A stretch of 64,000 nt of DNA, taken from Piedraia hortae CBS 480.64. Taxonomy: Eukaryota. A program made the position numbers and the translations under genes. The notes under the pieces are model-generated. The model did not search any database. It saw nothing but the letters and a program-made list of their open reading frames with translations, and was not told where the DNA came from. Positions 35,367 through 45,813 of the stretch are shown here, in pieces (position 1 is the first letter of the stretch; every line of letters starts with the position of its first letter). The DNA is taken from contig MU005999.1 in assembly GCA_010093745.1 (NCBI GenBank), forward strand, positions 55,809 through 119,808, written 5' to 3'.

Positions 35367-37286
35367 ATGTCATCAACATACACCACCCACCGCTTCCAGG
35401 CCAAGCCTACGAAGCATCCTCACTCATTGACATGGCGCGCCCCGAGAACAGAAAAGCTGGCAACCACGGCGAAGCCTGCATCGGCGGCAAAGTCCATGCA
35501 AGACTGGACCAAGGGGACGCACAAGATCTACTTTCGCTTCAGCTACGAAAAAGATCTTTCCCTCATCTGCTTTGAAGAGCGCAAGTCTCTGACAGTGTTT
35601 GAAGTCAAAAATGCAATCCTGATTCTGCGAAGCTGCACAGACTGCACTGGTTTCGATCTAGAAATCTCAAACCCGGATACGGACGAGGTGTACGATGAAG
35701 ATCTGGATGAAATTCGCTGCTGGACGACGGTCAAGGCCGTTCGTAAGCCCGCTGCGCAGCCTGGCATGGGCAAGGCGGAGCGATACTTGATGGGAAAGAT
35801 GCCTACGAAGCGCAAGTGGCGTCCGTTGTCTGAAAGGGAGATCCAGGAGATCATGCAGGCAAAGTATGAGTCTCAGGACAGGTGGAGGGGCATGACGGAT
35901 GAGCAGAAATTGCGCGCTGCAAACGACTATGAGGAGCTGGAGTGGAAGCTCCGTCACGATAATGCCATGTACGAAAGGAAGATGGCGCTCAAGACAAAGA
36001 GGGAGGAGGATACTAAAAATGGCATCGTCAGCAAACCCAAGCCACCGCCGCCGAGTATGCCCCCGAATTACATCTGCTTCCGTTGCGGACAGAGAAATCA
36101 TTTCATATCAGATTGTCCTACCAACGGTGATCCAACTTACGACAACCGACCCAGGCTTCGTCGAGCGATTGGAATTCCCAAGACGCAGTTGCAAAAGGTC
36201 GATATATCCCACTGTATGACTCCCGACGGGGGCATCGATTTTGACCTCCTTGATTCAAACGTCCTGTACACGGCCGACGGGGATTTTGCAGTCCAAGTGC
36301 CGGACCACAAAGCATGGGAGAAGTACGCAGAGGGGCAGAGGCAATCGGCAGCACTGGCGAAAAAGGAAGAGGAGGAAAAAGAGATGCTACGCGGCAAAGG
36401 CATGATCTGTCCGCTCGAGAACCACATTTTCGATCACGCGGCAAAGACATCCTGCTGCGGCTACGTTGCTTGCAGGAATTGCTTGGAGCAGTACCTCGTG
36501 GACTTTTCCTTTCACTGTCCCGGCTGCGACGAGAAGCAGCTGATGGAAGACCTGAAGCCTGACGAGGATATGATCAAAAGGGTAACGAACCATAAAGCCG
36601 AGAAAGATGCCGCACTCATGGCGCTTAGAGATCCCCCCCAAACCGAAACCAAGACCTCAACCCCCGAAAGCTCCAAGAAAAACGAATACTCCGAGGAAAC
36701 GACATCCCCACCAAGCGACACCAACCCACGAAAACGCAAATCAAGCGACGACAACGACGACGACAGCAGTAACGACGAAGAACCACCCACAAAAAAGCGC
36801 GTATACGAAAGCGCAATTAAACCTCTACCACTTATCAAAAACAACCCCCTCCTCTGGTCTCTCAAAAGCGGCATGAATCCCTTCATGATCAGTCCCGTTA
36901 AAGTCCGCCTCCCCCTTCCGCCTTCTAAAGAAAACGTTCCACCAAAAGAGCCCGAACCGCCGCAGGAAAAACTCTCTAAGTTTGCACTGTCATGTTACAC
37001 ACCCCCGACAAAGGAACAGAAAGAGGAAGCGGCTAGGAAGCATAGAGAGAGAGTGGCTGCTTCGATGCCGCAGTATATGACCGTCCCGATGACGATGCTA
37101 ACGCCGATGATGGCGCAGATGATGCATATGACTGTTTTGAACGATTTGAAGGCAGCGGGGATGGATGTTACCCAGTTTCCGTGTCTTGTGGCGGGTATGT
37201 TTGATGGGAGTGCCGGCGGGATGACTTTTGATGAGGAGACGATGAAGAAGAAGGGTCAGGAGAGTCGGGATGAAAGTCAGGGATAA
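35367..37286 (+). CDS. Divergent Mpe1/RBBP6-like protein (DWNN domain, zinc knuckle, RING)
   Basis: IYFRF...TVFEVK...FDLEI, NYICFRCGQRNHFISDCPTN, GIPKT, and CPL...CC...C..C...CPGC. No introns. Confidence 0.88.
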   Translation: MSSTYTTHRFQAKPTKHPHSLTWRAPRTEKLATTAKPASAAKSMQDWTKGTHKIYFRFSYEKDLSLICFEERKSLTVFEVKNAILILRSCTDCTGFDLEISNPDTDEVYDEDLDEIRCWTTVKAVRKPAAQPGMGKAERYLMGKMPTKRKWRPLSEREIQEIMQAKYESQDRWRGMTDEQKLRAANDYEELEWKLRHDNAMYERKMALKTKREEDTKNGIVSKPKPPPPSMPPNYICFRCGQRNHFISDCPTNGDPTYDNRPRLRRAIGIPKTQLQKVDISHCMTPDGGIDFDLLDSNVLYTADGDFAVQVPDHKAWEKYAEGQRQSAALAKKEEEEKEMLRGKGMICPLENHIFDHAAKTSCCGYVACRNCLEQYLVDFSFHCPGCDEKQLMEDLKPDEDMIKRVTNHKAEKDAALMALRDPPQTETKTSTPESSKKNEYSEETTSPPSDTNPRKRKSSDDNDDDSSNDEEPPTKKRVYESAIKPLPLIKNNPLLWSLKSGMNPFMISPVKVRLPLPPSKENVPPKEPEPPQEKLSKFALSCYTPPTKEQKEEAARKHRERVAASMPQYMTVPMTMLTPMMAQMMHMTVLNDLKAAGMDVTQFPCLVAGMFDGSAGGMTFDEETMKKKGQESRDESQG

Positions 37287-37548
37287 TTAACGTATGAATT
37301 GGTGAGGGTTGGGCGGCGGTAGGCAATGGGCATAGCAGGAGGCATAAAAATCATATCATTTTGTGAAATTAGTCTTGCACACATCCCAAGACCTTTGCAG
37401 AACGACGTGCCGAGGGACTCTGACACCCACATACGTGATTCAAAGTCTATCAGTAGCGCTCACAATCGGACGAGAAAAAGCTTTGACTGTGTGTACGTGG
37501 GTCAGGATGAAATGACAAGCCGAGACTGACCTCCACGCAGGCCTTGGC

Positions 37549-37611
37549 AAAAAAATAAAAAGAAAAAGAAAAAGAAAAAAAGAAAAAAAAGAAAAAAAAA
37601 AAGAAAAAAAA
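37549..37611. repeat. A-rich tract (AnG)n of about 63 nt
   Basis: Directly visible in the sequence. Confidence 0.95.
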
Positions 37612-38084
37612 CGCACCAGCGCTAACTTGAGTCTCCACGGGGCGATTGAAAGGATGCACAAGCGAGATCAGAACTACAGTAACTCATTTAGCACGACCTG
37701 AAAAAGTCTTGGAACTTTTGGACCCTGTGTACACGAGTCAGGGATTTCTTTTCGTAAAATTACCGACTGCTACAAGCGTCAGGGATATTTCCTGAGCTGT
37801 GTGCAAAACTGTAGTCGCCAGGGGGAGTACATATAGGCAAACCCACAACACATGACGGGGCACGTGCGATCTTAATCTACATCCACACAGGAACACCCCA
37901 TCGACCATCAGGAAACACAGTTTCGACAGTCATACTCATACCAACAGTAACGCTCGAAAGACAATCCACCTCCATGCAGCACCCTCTTCGACCCAACAAC
38001 ACAAAAACATCGCATTGACCCAATCAGACACAGACAATCTCGTCCCCTGTCTTCATCTTTCCACTTGTCTTCCCCTCCCCCATG

Positions 38085-40625
38085 CTAAGCTTGGAAAACC
38101 CCCTGACCTGGAAACATACCCTCCACCTCATTTATAGACCGATACATGAACCGAAACGAGACATATGGGTGCTGCAGCGAATCAATGTACAGCGGATGCT
38201 GGGTCCTGTGCGTGTACTCCTCTTCAGGGGCAGACTTCCCTCCTCGGGTGGAAGGCGGCTGCGAGAAGGAGGAATGCTGCGCGGACTCGTATAGGGAGCG
38301 GAGGTGTTGAGTTTTCGATTTATTCGGTGAGGCGTTTTCTTTGTGGGGAAAGGTTTTATCTTTGCGCGGGGAGACATTCTCCTTCCTCAGCGAAGCGGTT
38401 GCTTCACGAAACTCGTCCACGGACTTGTGAGGGGAGATATTCTCCTTCCTCGCCGCTTTGCGAGGGGAGAGCTTAGGATCCTCCGAGGCCTGCGTATCGT
38501 ACTTCATCGATGAGACATTGCCCCCACGGCCACCCTGCTGATGAACAGCCCTCTGACTCCATATCTGCCAAGCCGGAAGAAACTGCACCGCGCCAGGGAA
38601 CGCTGTCGTGGGCCAGTGGTTGATATTAGACCCCTCCGCGATAGAGGGTGAGGGCTCGCTGCGGTGGCGAGAATGCGTCTTCGATGGGGTCGGGGTGGGT
38701 GTATTTTCTAGCCAGCGCTCGATGGTACTGGATTTCTCACTGGAGTTTTCGCCCTTCTCGGGACTAAAGACTTTCCATGCCGGGAGGGCAGTGACGCTTT
38801 GGTGTCTGGTCAAAGTGTGGGTTCCTGTGGATGGCTGGTTGTTGAGCCAGGATTCGATTTTGGTGTAGTTTCCTGGGGTGGTGGTGGTTTCGGATTTGGT
38901 GTGGGTTGAGGTAGGTTGGAAGTGTTTGGCCGGCGAGGGAGTCGCTCTGCCAACGATTTTGGGGCGGATGGGGGGTTCAGTCCCTGGTTTGGACTGTTTG
39001 ACTGGTGAGGTTGTCTGTCTCTCAACGGTTTTGGAGCGGCCGCGTTCATTCTCTACGAGACTGGACTGTTTCTGCCAGGACTTGGCCGGAGATGAAGCTG
39101 CTGAGGCATCCTTCTCTGGGCTGAGACAGCGATTGCGATCCTGAAAGGCAGTGTGGTAGGACGTCGGAGCAGTACGGAAGCTTTGGGTCTCACTGCGCTC
39201 CTCACCCCATATCTTTCTCATACTCGACACCTTGCTGGTTGAGGGGAAATCCGACTGGAGATTGTCAATCCATCGCTCGACTTTGGAAGGTGTGGCGATG
39301 GTTTTATTGTCATCTTCCGCCGTTGAAACAGGCTTGCGGTTGGACGGAGGTGGTACACTCTTAGCAACTCTAGGATTCTCCGTATCGCGCACGCTCTTAG
39401 GACGCTGATGGCGAATCCAGTCTTCCACCAGAGCAGACTTTCCGGCGTTCAAGGCAGGTTCACTCCTCAGACGAGAATGGCCAGACTGGCGGAGCCAGCT
39501 GCTGACTTTGGGTGATTTAGTTTTCTGGTCAAGTGCCTCATCAAGTGCAACGCCCTTGCCGGCGAGACGAGACGCGCTCCCGTCTTCAAGCTGTGCAACA
39601 CCGCGATCCAACGCACTCTTCGCCAAACGAAGGTCAGTACTGCGCTTTGCCAGGGCATGCTGCATGGCTGCTAGAGATGCCGCGGCGATGCCAGGCTTGG
39701 TCGCTTGCAGCTTTGTACGAACCGTATGTGCTTCAGCTTTAAGAAGTGCAATCTGGCGATCAAACTCTGCGATGATGCCTGGAATCGCCTCTTCAGGAAT
39801 CGTTACCTTGTGGCTTCCATCAGGGTGGATAGTAAGTTTAAAGCCAGCAAAAGGATGCGGCTCAGAGAGAAGTGGGTGGGTGATGGTCGACGGGCGAGAC
39901 TTGGGCGGCTTCGGGAGCTTACTCTGAGATAGCTCAGTAACGCTAGTCGCCGGCACAAACACTCTGAGTTCTGTAGGACCTTCCGACTTCTTATCCTCAA
40001 TGGCATGCTGCTTGGAGCCAAAGGAGAGCCGTTCAAAAAATGAAGAAAATATGCTGTCCGATGGGCTGTTTTTATGCTTGTGCTCATGCTCGCTGCTGGT
40101 GCCGTCTAAGTGGAGCCTGCTCAAAGACTGAAACGACTCGGACAAAAAGTTAATAGACTTGGCATTGGGCACGTAGCCATCGTAAGCGTTCGTACAGCGC
40201 AAGATAAAGACATCAATGGTGCCGAATCTGTCATTGGATCCTGACTGATTCGTCACAACAGACCTAGCCCGGGCAAAAGTCCAGCCACGGCCTATGAAGC
40301 CACTATCCCTTTGGGTCTTGCGGACCTCTTTCTGCCGTAGGACAAATTCCGTTTCGTACTCATCCTTGTCAACACCGGCACCGGGCAGTCGCAGGCCTGT
40401 GTGGTTGCGATTACACTGGTAGATACCGTCAATGTACACAGCGACCGCAAGACCGGGCGCAATATAACCGTGAGTTTGAACGTGCACGCTAAAAGGTGTG
40501 TAGATGTCTGGAACCGCAATATACGTCTCGGCCATGCCGCCAATATACTTCGTCCCGTGCTCTTTGAGCTTTGCGCCTTGAAGGCCGAAACCGATGGAGC
40601 AGCTGACTTGATTGAGAAATGGCAT
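38085..40625 (-). CDS. Conserved fungal hypothetical protein (split DUF7918-like domain around a long disordered insert)
   Basis: N-terminus MPFLNQVSCSI...GYIAPGLAVAVYIDGIYQCNRN...GTIDVFILR. C-terminus YIDSLQHPYVSFRFMYRS. The family assignment is from memory. Confidence 0.8.
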   Translation of the reverse strand: MPFLNQVSCSIGFGLQGAKLKEHGTKYIGGMAETYIAVPDIYTPFSVHVQTHGYIAPGLAVAVYIDGIYQCNRNHTGLRLPGAGVDKDEYETEFVLRQKEVRKTQRDSGFIGRGWTFARARSVVTNQSGSNDRFGTIDVFILRCTNAYDGYVPNAKSINFLSESFQSLSRLHLDGTSSEHEHKHKNSPSDSIFSSFFERLSFGSKQHAIEDKKSEGPTELRVFVPATSVTELSQSKLPKPPKSRPSTITHPLLSEPHPFAGFKLTIHPDGSHKVTIPEEAIPGIIAEFDRQIALLKAEAHTVRTKLQATKPGIAAASLAAMQHALAKRSTDLRLAKSALDRGVAQLEDGSASRLAGKGVALDEALDQKTKSPKVSSWLRQSGHSRLRSEPALNAGKSALVEDWIRHQRPKSVRDTENPRVAKSVPPPSNRKPVSTAEDDNKTIATPSKVERWIDNLQSDFPSTSKVSSMRKIWGEERSETQSFRTAPTSYHTAFQDRNRCLSPEKDASAASSPAKSWQKQSSLVENERGRSKTVERQTTSPVKQSKPGTEPPIRPKIVGRATPSPAKHFQPTSTHTKSETTTTPGNYTKIESWLNNQPSTGTHTLTRHQSVTALPAWKVFSPEKGENSSEKSSTIERWLENTPTPTPSKTHSRHRSEPSPSIAEGSNINHWPTTAFPGAVQFLPAWQIWSQRAVHQQGGRGGNVSSMKYDTQASEDPKLSPRKAARKENISPHKSVDEFREATASLRKENVSPRKDKTFPHKENASPNKSKTQHLRSLYESAQHSSFSQPPSTRGGKSAPEEEYTHRTQHPLYIDSLQHPYVSFRFMYRSINEVEGMFPGQGVFQA

Positions 40626-40763
40626 TGTGTGCAGTCTCAGGTGCGATGCCAAAGTAAGTGACAGAGCGATCAGAGTGCGACCGCGACACATCGCGCCAGC
40701 ATGTTTGTTTCCATAGTGACATCTCGCGCACCTTCCGTATTCGGTGTCGCGCTAGCAAAAAGT

Positions 40764-43664
40764 TTATTTTGAAAATTTTGATGCAGAACATTCACAGCCG
40801 CAACCCGTCGGACACATCTCTTCTCTGGAATTCTCGAACCACTCATGCAAACACTCTGCATGTCCACCGTGATTGCAATTTATGCAGAGCGTCGTCAGTT
40901 TTGAAAGCCCAAAAGGGCTGTCCTTTGAGTCGCAAAACGCGCACACCAGCTGCTGTGCGTCGCACCGGCCACAGTTTAAACCATCGGGTCCCACCATCAG
41001 TGGACAACCACACGATCCGCACATGGGATGGAACTCGTTTGACCCGATGTAATCCTCATATACTGCCGGATAAGTCGGATACGCCAGTTTTCGCAAGCTG
41101 GATGCCTCGGCGAATAGGCGATGAGCAACGAGCTGTTCATGATATGTTGACAGAACGGACTCTACCTCAAGTGGCTGCAGCCCTGCATATATCAGATGCT
41201 CGAGTCGTTGCTTGAAAATCGCGACAATGGCATCGTCGGTGAAACCCATGGCTGAAAATGTATTTGCATACAAGGAGACAGTTTTGGTTTTCCTTTCAAG
41301 GGGATGTGTGCACGGCAAGAGAGGCATGAATACAAGGAGCAGCTGACATGCGGCTTGAGCGTCTCCCTCACCAGCGTAGTACTTGAGCAGTTCTTTGAGC
41401 ATGCCTACGAGGGTAAACGGCTTGTTCGTTTCCAAGTCTACCATCGATGATGATGCGATGGATGGCATGCCTGTTGGTTTCAGCTCGCCTAGGGACAGGC
41501 CCAAAGGGTTCAGGGCTTCAGTCACGGCAGAAGATGACTGCGAATCCTCTTTAGGTTCATCTTTTGCAGCGTTTTTGAGAGCTTCCTCAACATCTGGTTC
41601 TGTCGATGTTTCGCTGCGGTAGGTTGATGGCAATGTTGGGTCCAGAAACGAAAGGCTTTCTACACTAGCATGTGCAGGCAACAATTCTTTGCTCTCAACT
41701 TCTAGCTGATTGCATCTTGCTGCAGCTCCACCACTGAGAGAATCGCCATTCAACTCAATCTGGGGTAGTTTATCGTTCACATGGGTTGGAAGAACTAGCG
41801 GCGTGGGTACATTTGACCTACTGACAAGATGTGATCTTGGGGACGCTAGAATCGAGTTTGACTCTGTCTGCAAAAGCCTCAGAGCCAAAGCACCAAGATC
41901 TCGTCTTTTGACAAGATTTTCCCGCCCTTTCTTTTGCTCAAACTGGGTTCGATCCTTGACGTGCATAAGAGCGCAGTACCCGACAATTTTCCATGTCTGA
42001 GCGAGACGATGCTGGCCGCATTGGTGCGCGAGTCCTTGATTGAAGGAGAAAGTATGAATGGTGCGGCTAAACAGGTCTTCATCTGGATCTGGCTCAGGGG
42101 CTATATACAATTGGCAGTCACAGGCCAGTTGACAAAACACATGTGGCTGGATTTGGTACGGTATCTTCCCTACAATACCGACTTGCCGTGGAACACATGG
42201 GCCCTTGTCAGCCATGCTTTTGTCAAAAGGTGTGACCGAGGTGTCGGTTAGCGTCGGCGATTTGAGTGGCCCGTTGCCTGATAGCCGCATGCTCAAGAAT
42301 GACTCATCAAGTGTATCGTCGGTCCAACTTCGACTGAGATAGTTTGTTTCGGTGCTGTTGCCTGAACCCGTGTTACTGGCATGTATTGACATGTAAGAAT
42401 GATGGCTGCTGTGCGACTGATCTTGTCCCCGAGTCTGCGACACAAACGTCAAGTCGCCGTCGACGGAGGTGGCGCCACCGTGCAAGGTACGACGAGCGAG
42501 AAGCTTTGGAGCAGATTGGACGTCTGTTTGCTCAAAAAATCCCTCTCTCCCAACGGTCCACAGTAAGTTCTGGGAGTGCCAGAGAAGGTCAGTTGGCGCG
42601 GATGCATGCGGCCTCATAGCACGAAATGGCAAAGCCGGACGGCGGAAATCCCACGTGTGCACGATTGGATGAGACCGATCATATGAAGTGACGAGCTGTG
42701 TGCATTGCCATAAACGGCCCTCTGGACCCTGTGACTCACAAACCGGCCGCCAACGAGTATGCATGATGGGGTAGGGCGTTATAACTTCCCATTTTGATTG
42801 CTGTCGTCCACTGACCGAAGTGTCCCATACACGAACACGCTTGTCAGAACTGCCACTGGTCACATGCCTGCCATCAGGATGCCAGTCTACAGAATTGCAT
42901 GAGAGGGCGTGAGCAGCTATCTTTAACTTGGGCGACTTCCATTGCCGCATGTCCCAACATTGGAACCATCCGTCATCCGTGCCTAGTGCGAACCGCATAC
43001 CGTCCGGTGACCATTTAACGTCTCGAATACCGTCGCTCTGGCCAGAGAACTTGCGTTTACTGCGAAGTACATTTCTGTTATCTCGAGTACGAAGGTCCCA
43101 TAAACGAGCCGTTCCATCCTGGCTTCCAGAAAGAAGCAGATTGCATTTCTCTGGATTGAACGTCACCCTATGCACTTGACGATAATGTTCATTCAAATGT
43201 GTAGCTTGAGGGCCATTTTGCACGAGATTATACAATATGATGTCCCCACTAGAAGTTGCAGCTGCAGCATAGTCAGAAAAGCCGCATCTTGCCCACGCAA
43301 CATCGGCAATATCTATGGATTTCTGCCTCGACCCGATGATGGCCGTTTGCAGGTTAAAGTCCTCGACGCACGTGCCATCTTCAACCTTTATAGTTTTGAA
43401 AAGCTCTTTGCCCCCGAGCAAAGCATGGGTGCCTGTTCCATTGATTGCAAGGGTATGTATGCCAAGCCCAGTGTAGTGGCTTGCTGAGAAATTTTGAATG
43501 GTCCCAAACCTGGCCGTTGATGCTCTACGCGAGCCTTCTCCGGGACGTTCGCTGTAGGCACTTGACGGCCTTGATGGCGGATAGCCAAAGACTCTATAGG
43601 CAGCATCTCTAGCCCGTTGAAGAGGCCAAGAACCGAGATCCCGTGAAGTCTGATCACGGACCAT
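40764..43664 (-). CDS. RTC1: SEACAT/GATOR2 subunit Rtc1/Sea2 (WDR24)
   Basis: WD40 repeats (HYRQVH, SGSQDGT.RLWDLR, IRDVKWSP, VDWHPDG) and a C-terminal Zn finger/RING C.HGGH..C...WF...CP..CGC.C. The start codon is uncertain. Confidence 0.9.
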   Translation of the reverse strand: MVRDQTSRDLGSWPLQRARDAAYRVFGYPPSRPSSAYSERPGEGSRRASTARFGTIQNFSASHYTGLGIHTLAINGTGTHALLGGKELFKTIKVEDGTCVEDFNLQTAIIGSRQKSIDIADVAWARCGFSDYAAAATSSGDIILYNLVQNGPQATHLNEHYRQVHRVTFNPEKCNLLLSGSQDGTARLWDLRTRDNRNVLRSKRKFSGQSDGIRDVKWSPDGMRFALGTDDGWFQCWDMRQWKSPKLKIAAHALSCNSVDWHPDGRHVTSGSSDKRVRVWDTSVSGRQQSKWEVITPYPIMHTRWRPVCESQGPEGRLWQCTQLVTSYDRSHPIVHTWDFRRPALPFRAMRPHASAPTDLLWHSQNLLWTVGREGFFEQTDVQSAPKLLARRTLHGGATSVDGDLTFVSQTRGQDQSHSSHHSYMSIHASNTGSGNSTETNYLSRSWTDDTLDESFLSMRLSGNGPLKSPTLTDTSVTPFDKSMADKGPCVPRQVGIVGKIPYQIQPHVFCQLACDCQLYIAPEPDPDEDLFSRTIHTFSFNQGLAHQCGQHRLAQTWKIVGYCALMHVKDRTQFEQKKGRENLVKRRDLGALALRLLQTESNSILASPRSHLVSRSNVPTPLVLPTHVNDKLPQIELNGDSLSGGAAARCNQLEVESKELLPAHASVESLSFLDPTLPSTYRSETSTEPDVEEALKNAAKDEPKEDSQSSSAVTEALNPLGLSLGELKPTGMPSIASSSMVDLETNKPFTLVGMLKELLKYYAGEGDAQAACQLLLVFMPLLPCTHPLERKTKTVSLYANTFSAMGFTDDAIVAIFKQRLEHLIYAGLQPLEVESVLSTYHEQLVAHRLFAEASSLRKLAYPTYPAVYEDYIGSNEFHPMCGSCGCPLMVGPDGLNCGRCDAQQLVCAFCDSKDSPFGLSKLTTLCINCNHGGHAECLHEWFENSREEMCPTGCGCECSASKFSK

Positions 43665-44277
43665 GGCGACCCTCAATATCAATCCATGTCTAACTAGCTA
43701 AAGCTGATCGTTTACATGGGAGTCCTCCATCTGTTGTTGTCGGGCGCTCGGGCCGCTGGGAGCTTGGCGCATAGACAAGCACAACCTCAAACCATCGCAC
43801 AACCACACAATCACCGCTGGAAATTCAAAATAGCCCCGGCGGCTCTTGATCACGGTGGCTGATGAAGCCAAAAGGTGACATCTTAGCTCCCTGCAGCTTA
43901 CCCAGATGCACGTAGCCAGGTGAGCCGTCGCTAAACTCGGCGTAAACGCATTCGAATCAAGGCAATGGCAGGCTGTGGGCCTCAGTTGAGACCGATGGCT
44001 GTCCCAGGGTCGATTGAGGCCTTGGGCTGGACGATTTTCAGCGCTTCCTCGAGTCGGCGGCTACAGCGCGGTTAGCGCTTGCGCCGTACCATTGGCTCTC
44101 GCACAACAGCCCTGGCTCTTACTGAAACACGATGAGCTATTCTAGATGTTGTGAGAGAAAGCTATGCGCTGCACCCAAGTCGGTATAAGACCTCGCAGGA
44201 TGCACTTCTCCTTTCAGACCAATCTCTTTCATTCTTCTGCATCCAATTCACTCATCATCTCACTTTAATAATCCAAC

Positions 44278-44923
44278 ATGGTTGCTGTTCCTGCATATGG
44301 TGCTGCCCCTTTGGCAAAGACCTTTGTCGTCACTCGAGGATTGTCGTTGATTGCCATTATCTGCATCGTTGGACTCACAGCGAACTTCGTATCGCAGATT
44401 GTCGGAAGCAACGTTGACCCACCACATGAGATTGTCGGTACACTCGTTATTGTAAGTCTTCTGATCAAGTGTTGGAGCGGGACTGATGTGGTGAAAGACA
44501 TGTATGGCTGGACTGTACTGCTTCATCAGCGTTCCCTACTTTTACTCTAACGCCAATGTGGGACTTCTTGTCATGACAGGGTTGGATCTCTGCCTTTGGC
44601 TCTCGTTTGTCGTCATCTCGCTGGTGCTTGGGAAGCCGATCAGCTTTCTCCAATGCCAAACCCTTCCCAACATCAGTGCTGCCGCCAACGCACAATTATC
44701 TTCGGCCTACACGTTATCTCTGGCTTCGAATCTTGGCAAATCTGGAAGCACACTTGGTCTGCAAAATTGGGCTGGAAGCACTCGAGTCAACTGCTACGAA
44801 ACAAAGGCTCTTTGGGGTCTCTGCATTGCCCTGGCTATCCTTTACACTTGCTCTTCCATCATCTTGCCTACTCTGTGGTACAAGGCCCGGCGGGCCGCTG
44901 GTGGGCCGAAGAGCGTTGTTTAG
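44278..44923 (+). CDS. MARVEL-like four-TM membrane protein, one intron
   Basis: Intron 44452-44497 joins two hydrophobic ORFs in frame. The C-terminal part reads CYETKALWGLCIALAILY. Confidence 0.85.
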
Positions 44924-45097
44924 GCTGTGAAGGATGAAAGACCGGCCGCAGGTACGGTAGAATGGAACTATACAGTGGCACCGGAGTTTGATTGTTTTTT
45001 TGTTAGATAATGTTTACATGGCGCTGATTGAGTTGTTGAAAAACAGACGGTATGTGTGAATGAGAACGATGGATGGAGAGTAGAGATGTGTTTTTTG

Positions 45098-45577
45098 AGT
45101 GAATACAAGTGTATCTACGAGGGGACATCAGATACTATATTCTGGGCTGGAAGGCCCGTGCGTAGCCTCGTATGAAGAGTCATCAATCGTATGACCGTAA
45201 GCAAGTGGTTATACAAGCAGTAAGGCTGTCAGCATGCAGTAGGATTGTCAGCATGCAGTCTTACTCCATGACTCACCTCAAACAGTAGCAGGGCGCATTC
45301 ACCATGTCGCATGCGACATGACCCTGAGGGAAACCTCTGTGAGGACAAAACCTAGGGTGCAGCTGCTGGTGTCAGAGGTGTCGCGCAGTGGCATCGTACA
45401 CTCATAGCAACGAGGCTTCATGCCAACAGTTGTTGTCTTCACATGTGATGCAATGACAGCTGCCAACTGTAGCGCGACGTAATTGAACCAAGCGACCCAC
45501 AGAGACACGGGATGATCAAGTAGTCATTCATAATCTCACCCATGTACACCTGAGATAGAACAGCTACAAATATCACA
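45098..45577. mobile_element. Solo-LTR-like dispersed repeat, copy 1
   Basis: The core at about 45286-45435 aligns by eye with the reverse complement of about 59757-59917. A second matching patch lies at 45111-45145. Ends in TCACA. Boundaries are approximate. Confidence 0.6.
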
Positions 45578-45813
45578 TTCCTGCGCCTATTTTTGCCCCA
45601 AGGGGTTAGGCCCGTTCAGCCGCCACACGCGCGTCACTCCGTGTCAAATCTGCCATTCCTCTCCTACTTCTCTTTGGTCGCTCTCGTTCCCTTCTCTCCT
45701 TGTTGCCCGACCGCTCGATCCACCAGAGCGGAACTTTCAATGCCAAGCATAGTCTGAAACCGCTGACGAGAGGCGCGCCCTGCAGCAACCTAGGCGCCCC
45801 GCCTTTGGGGACA

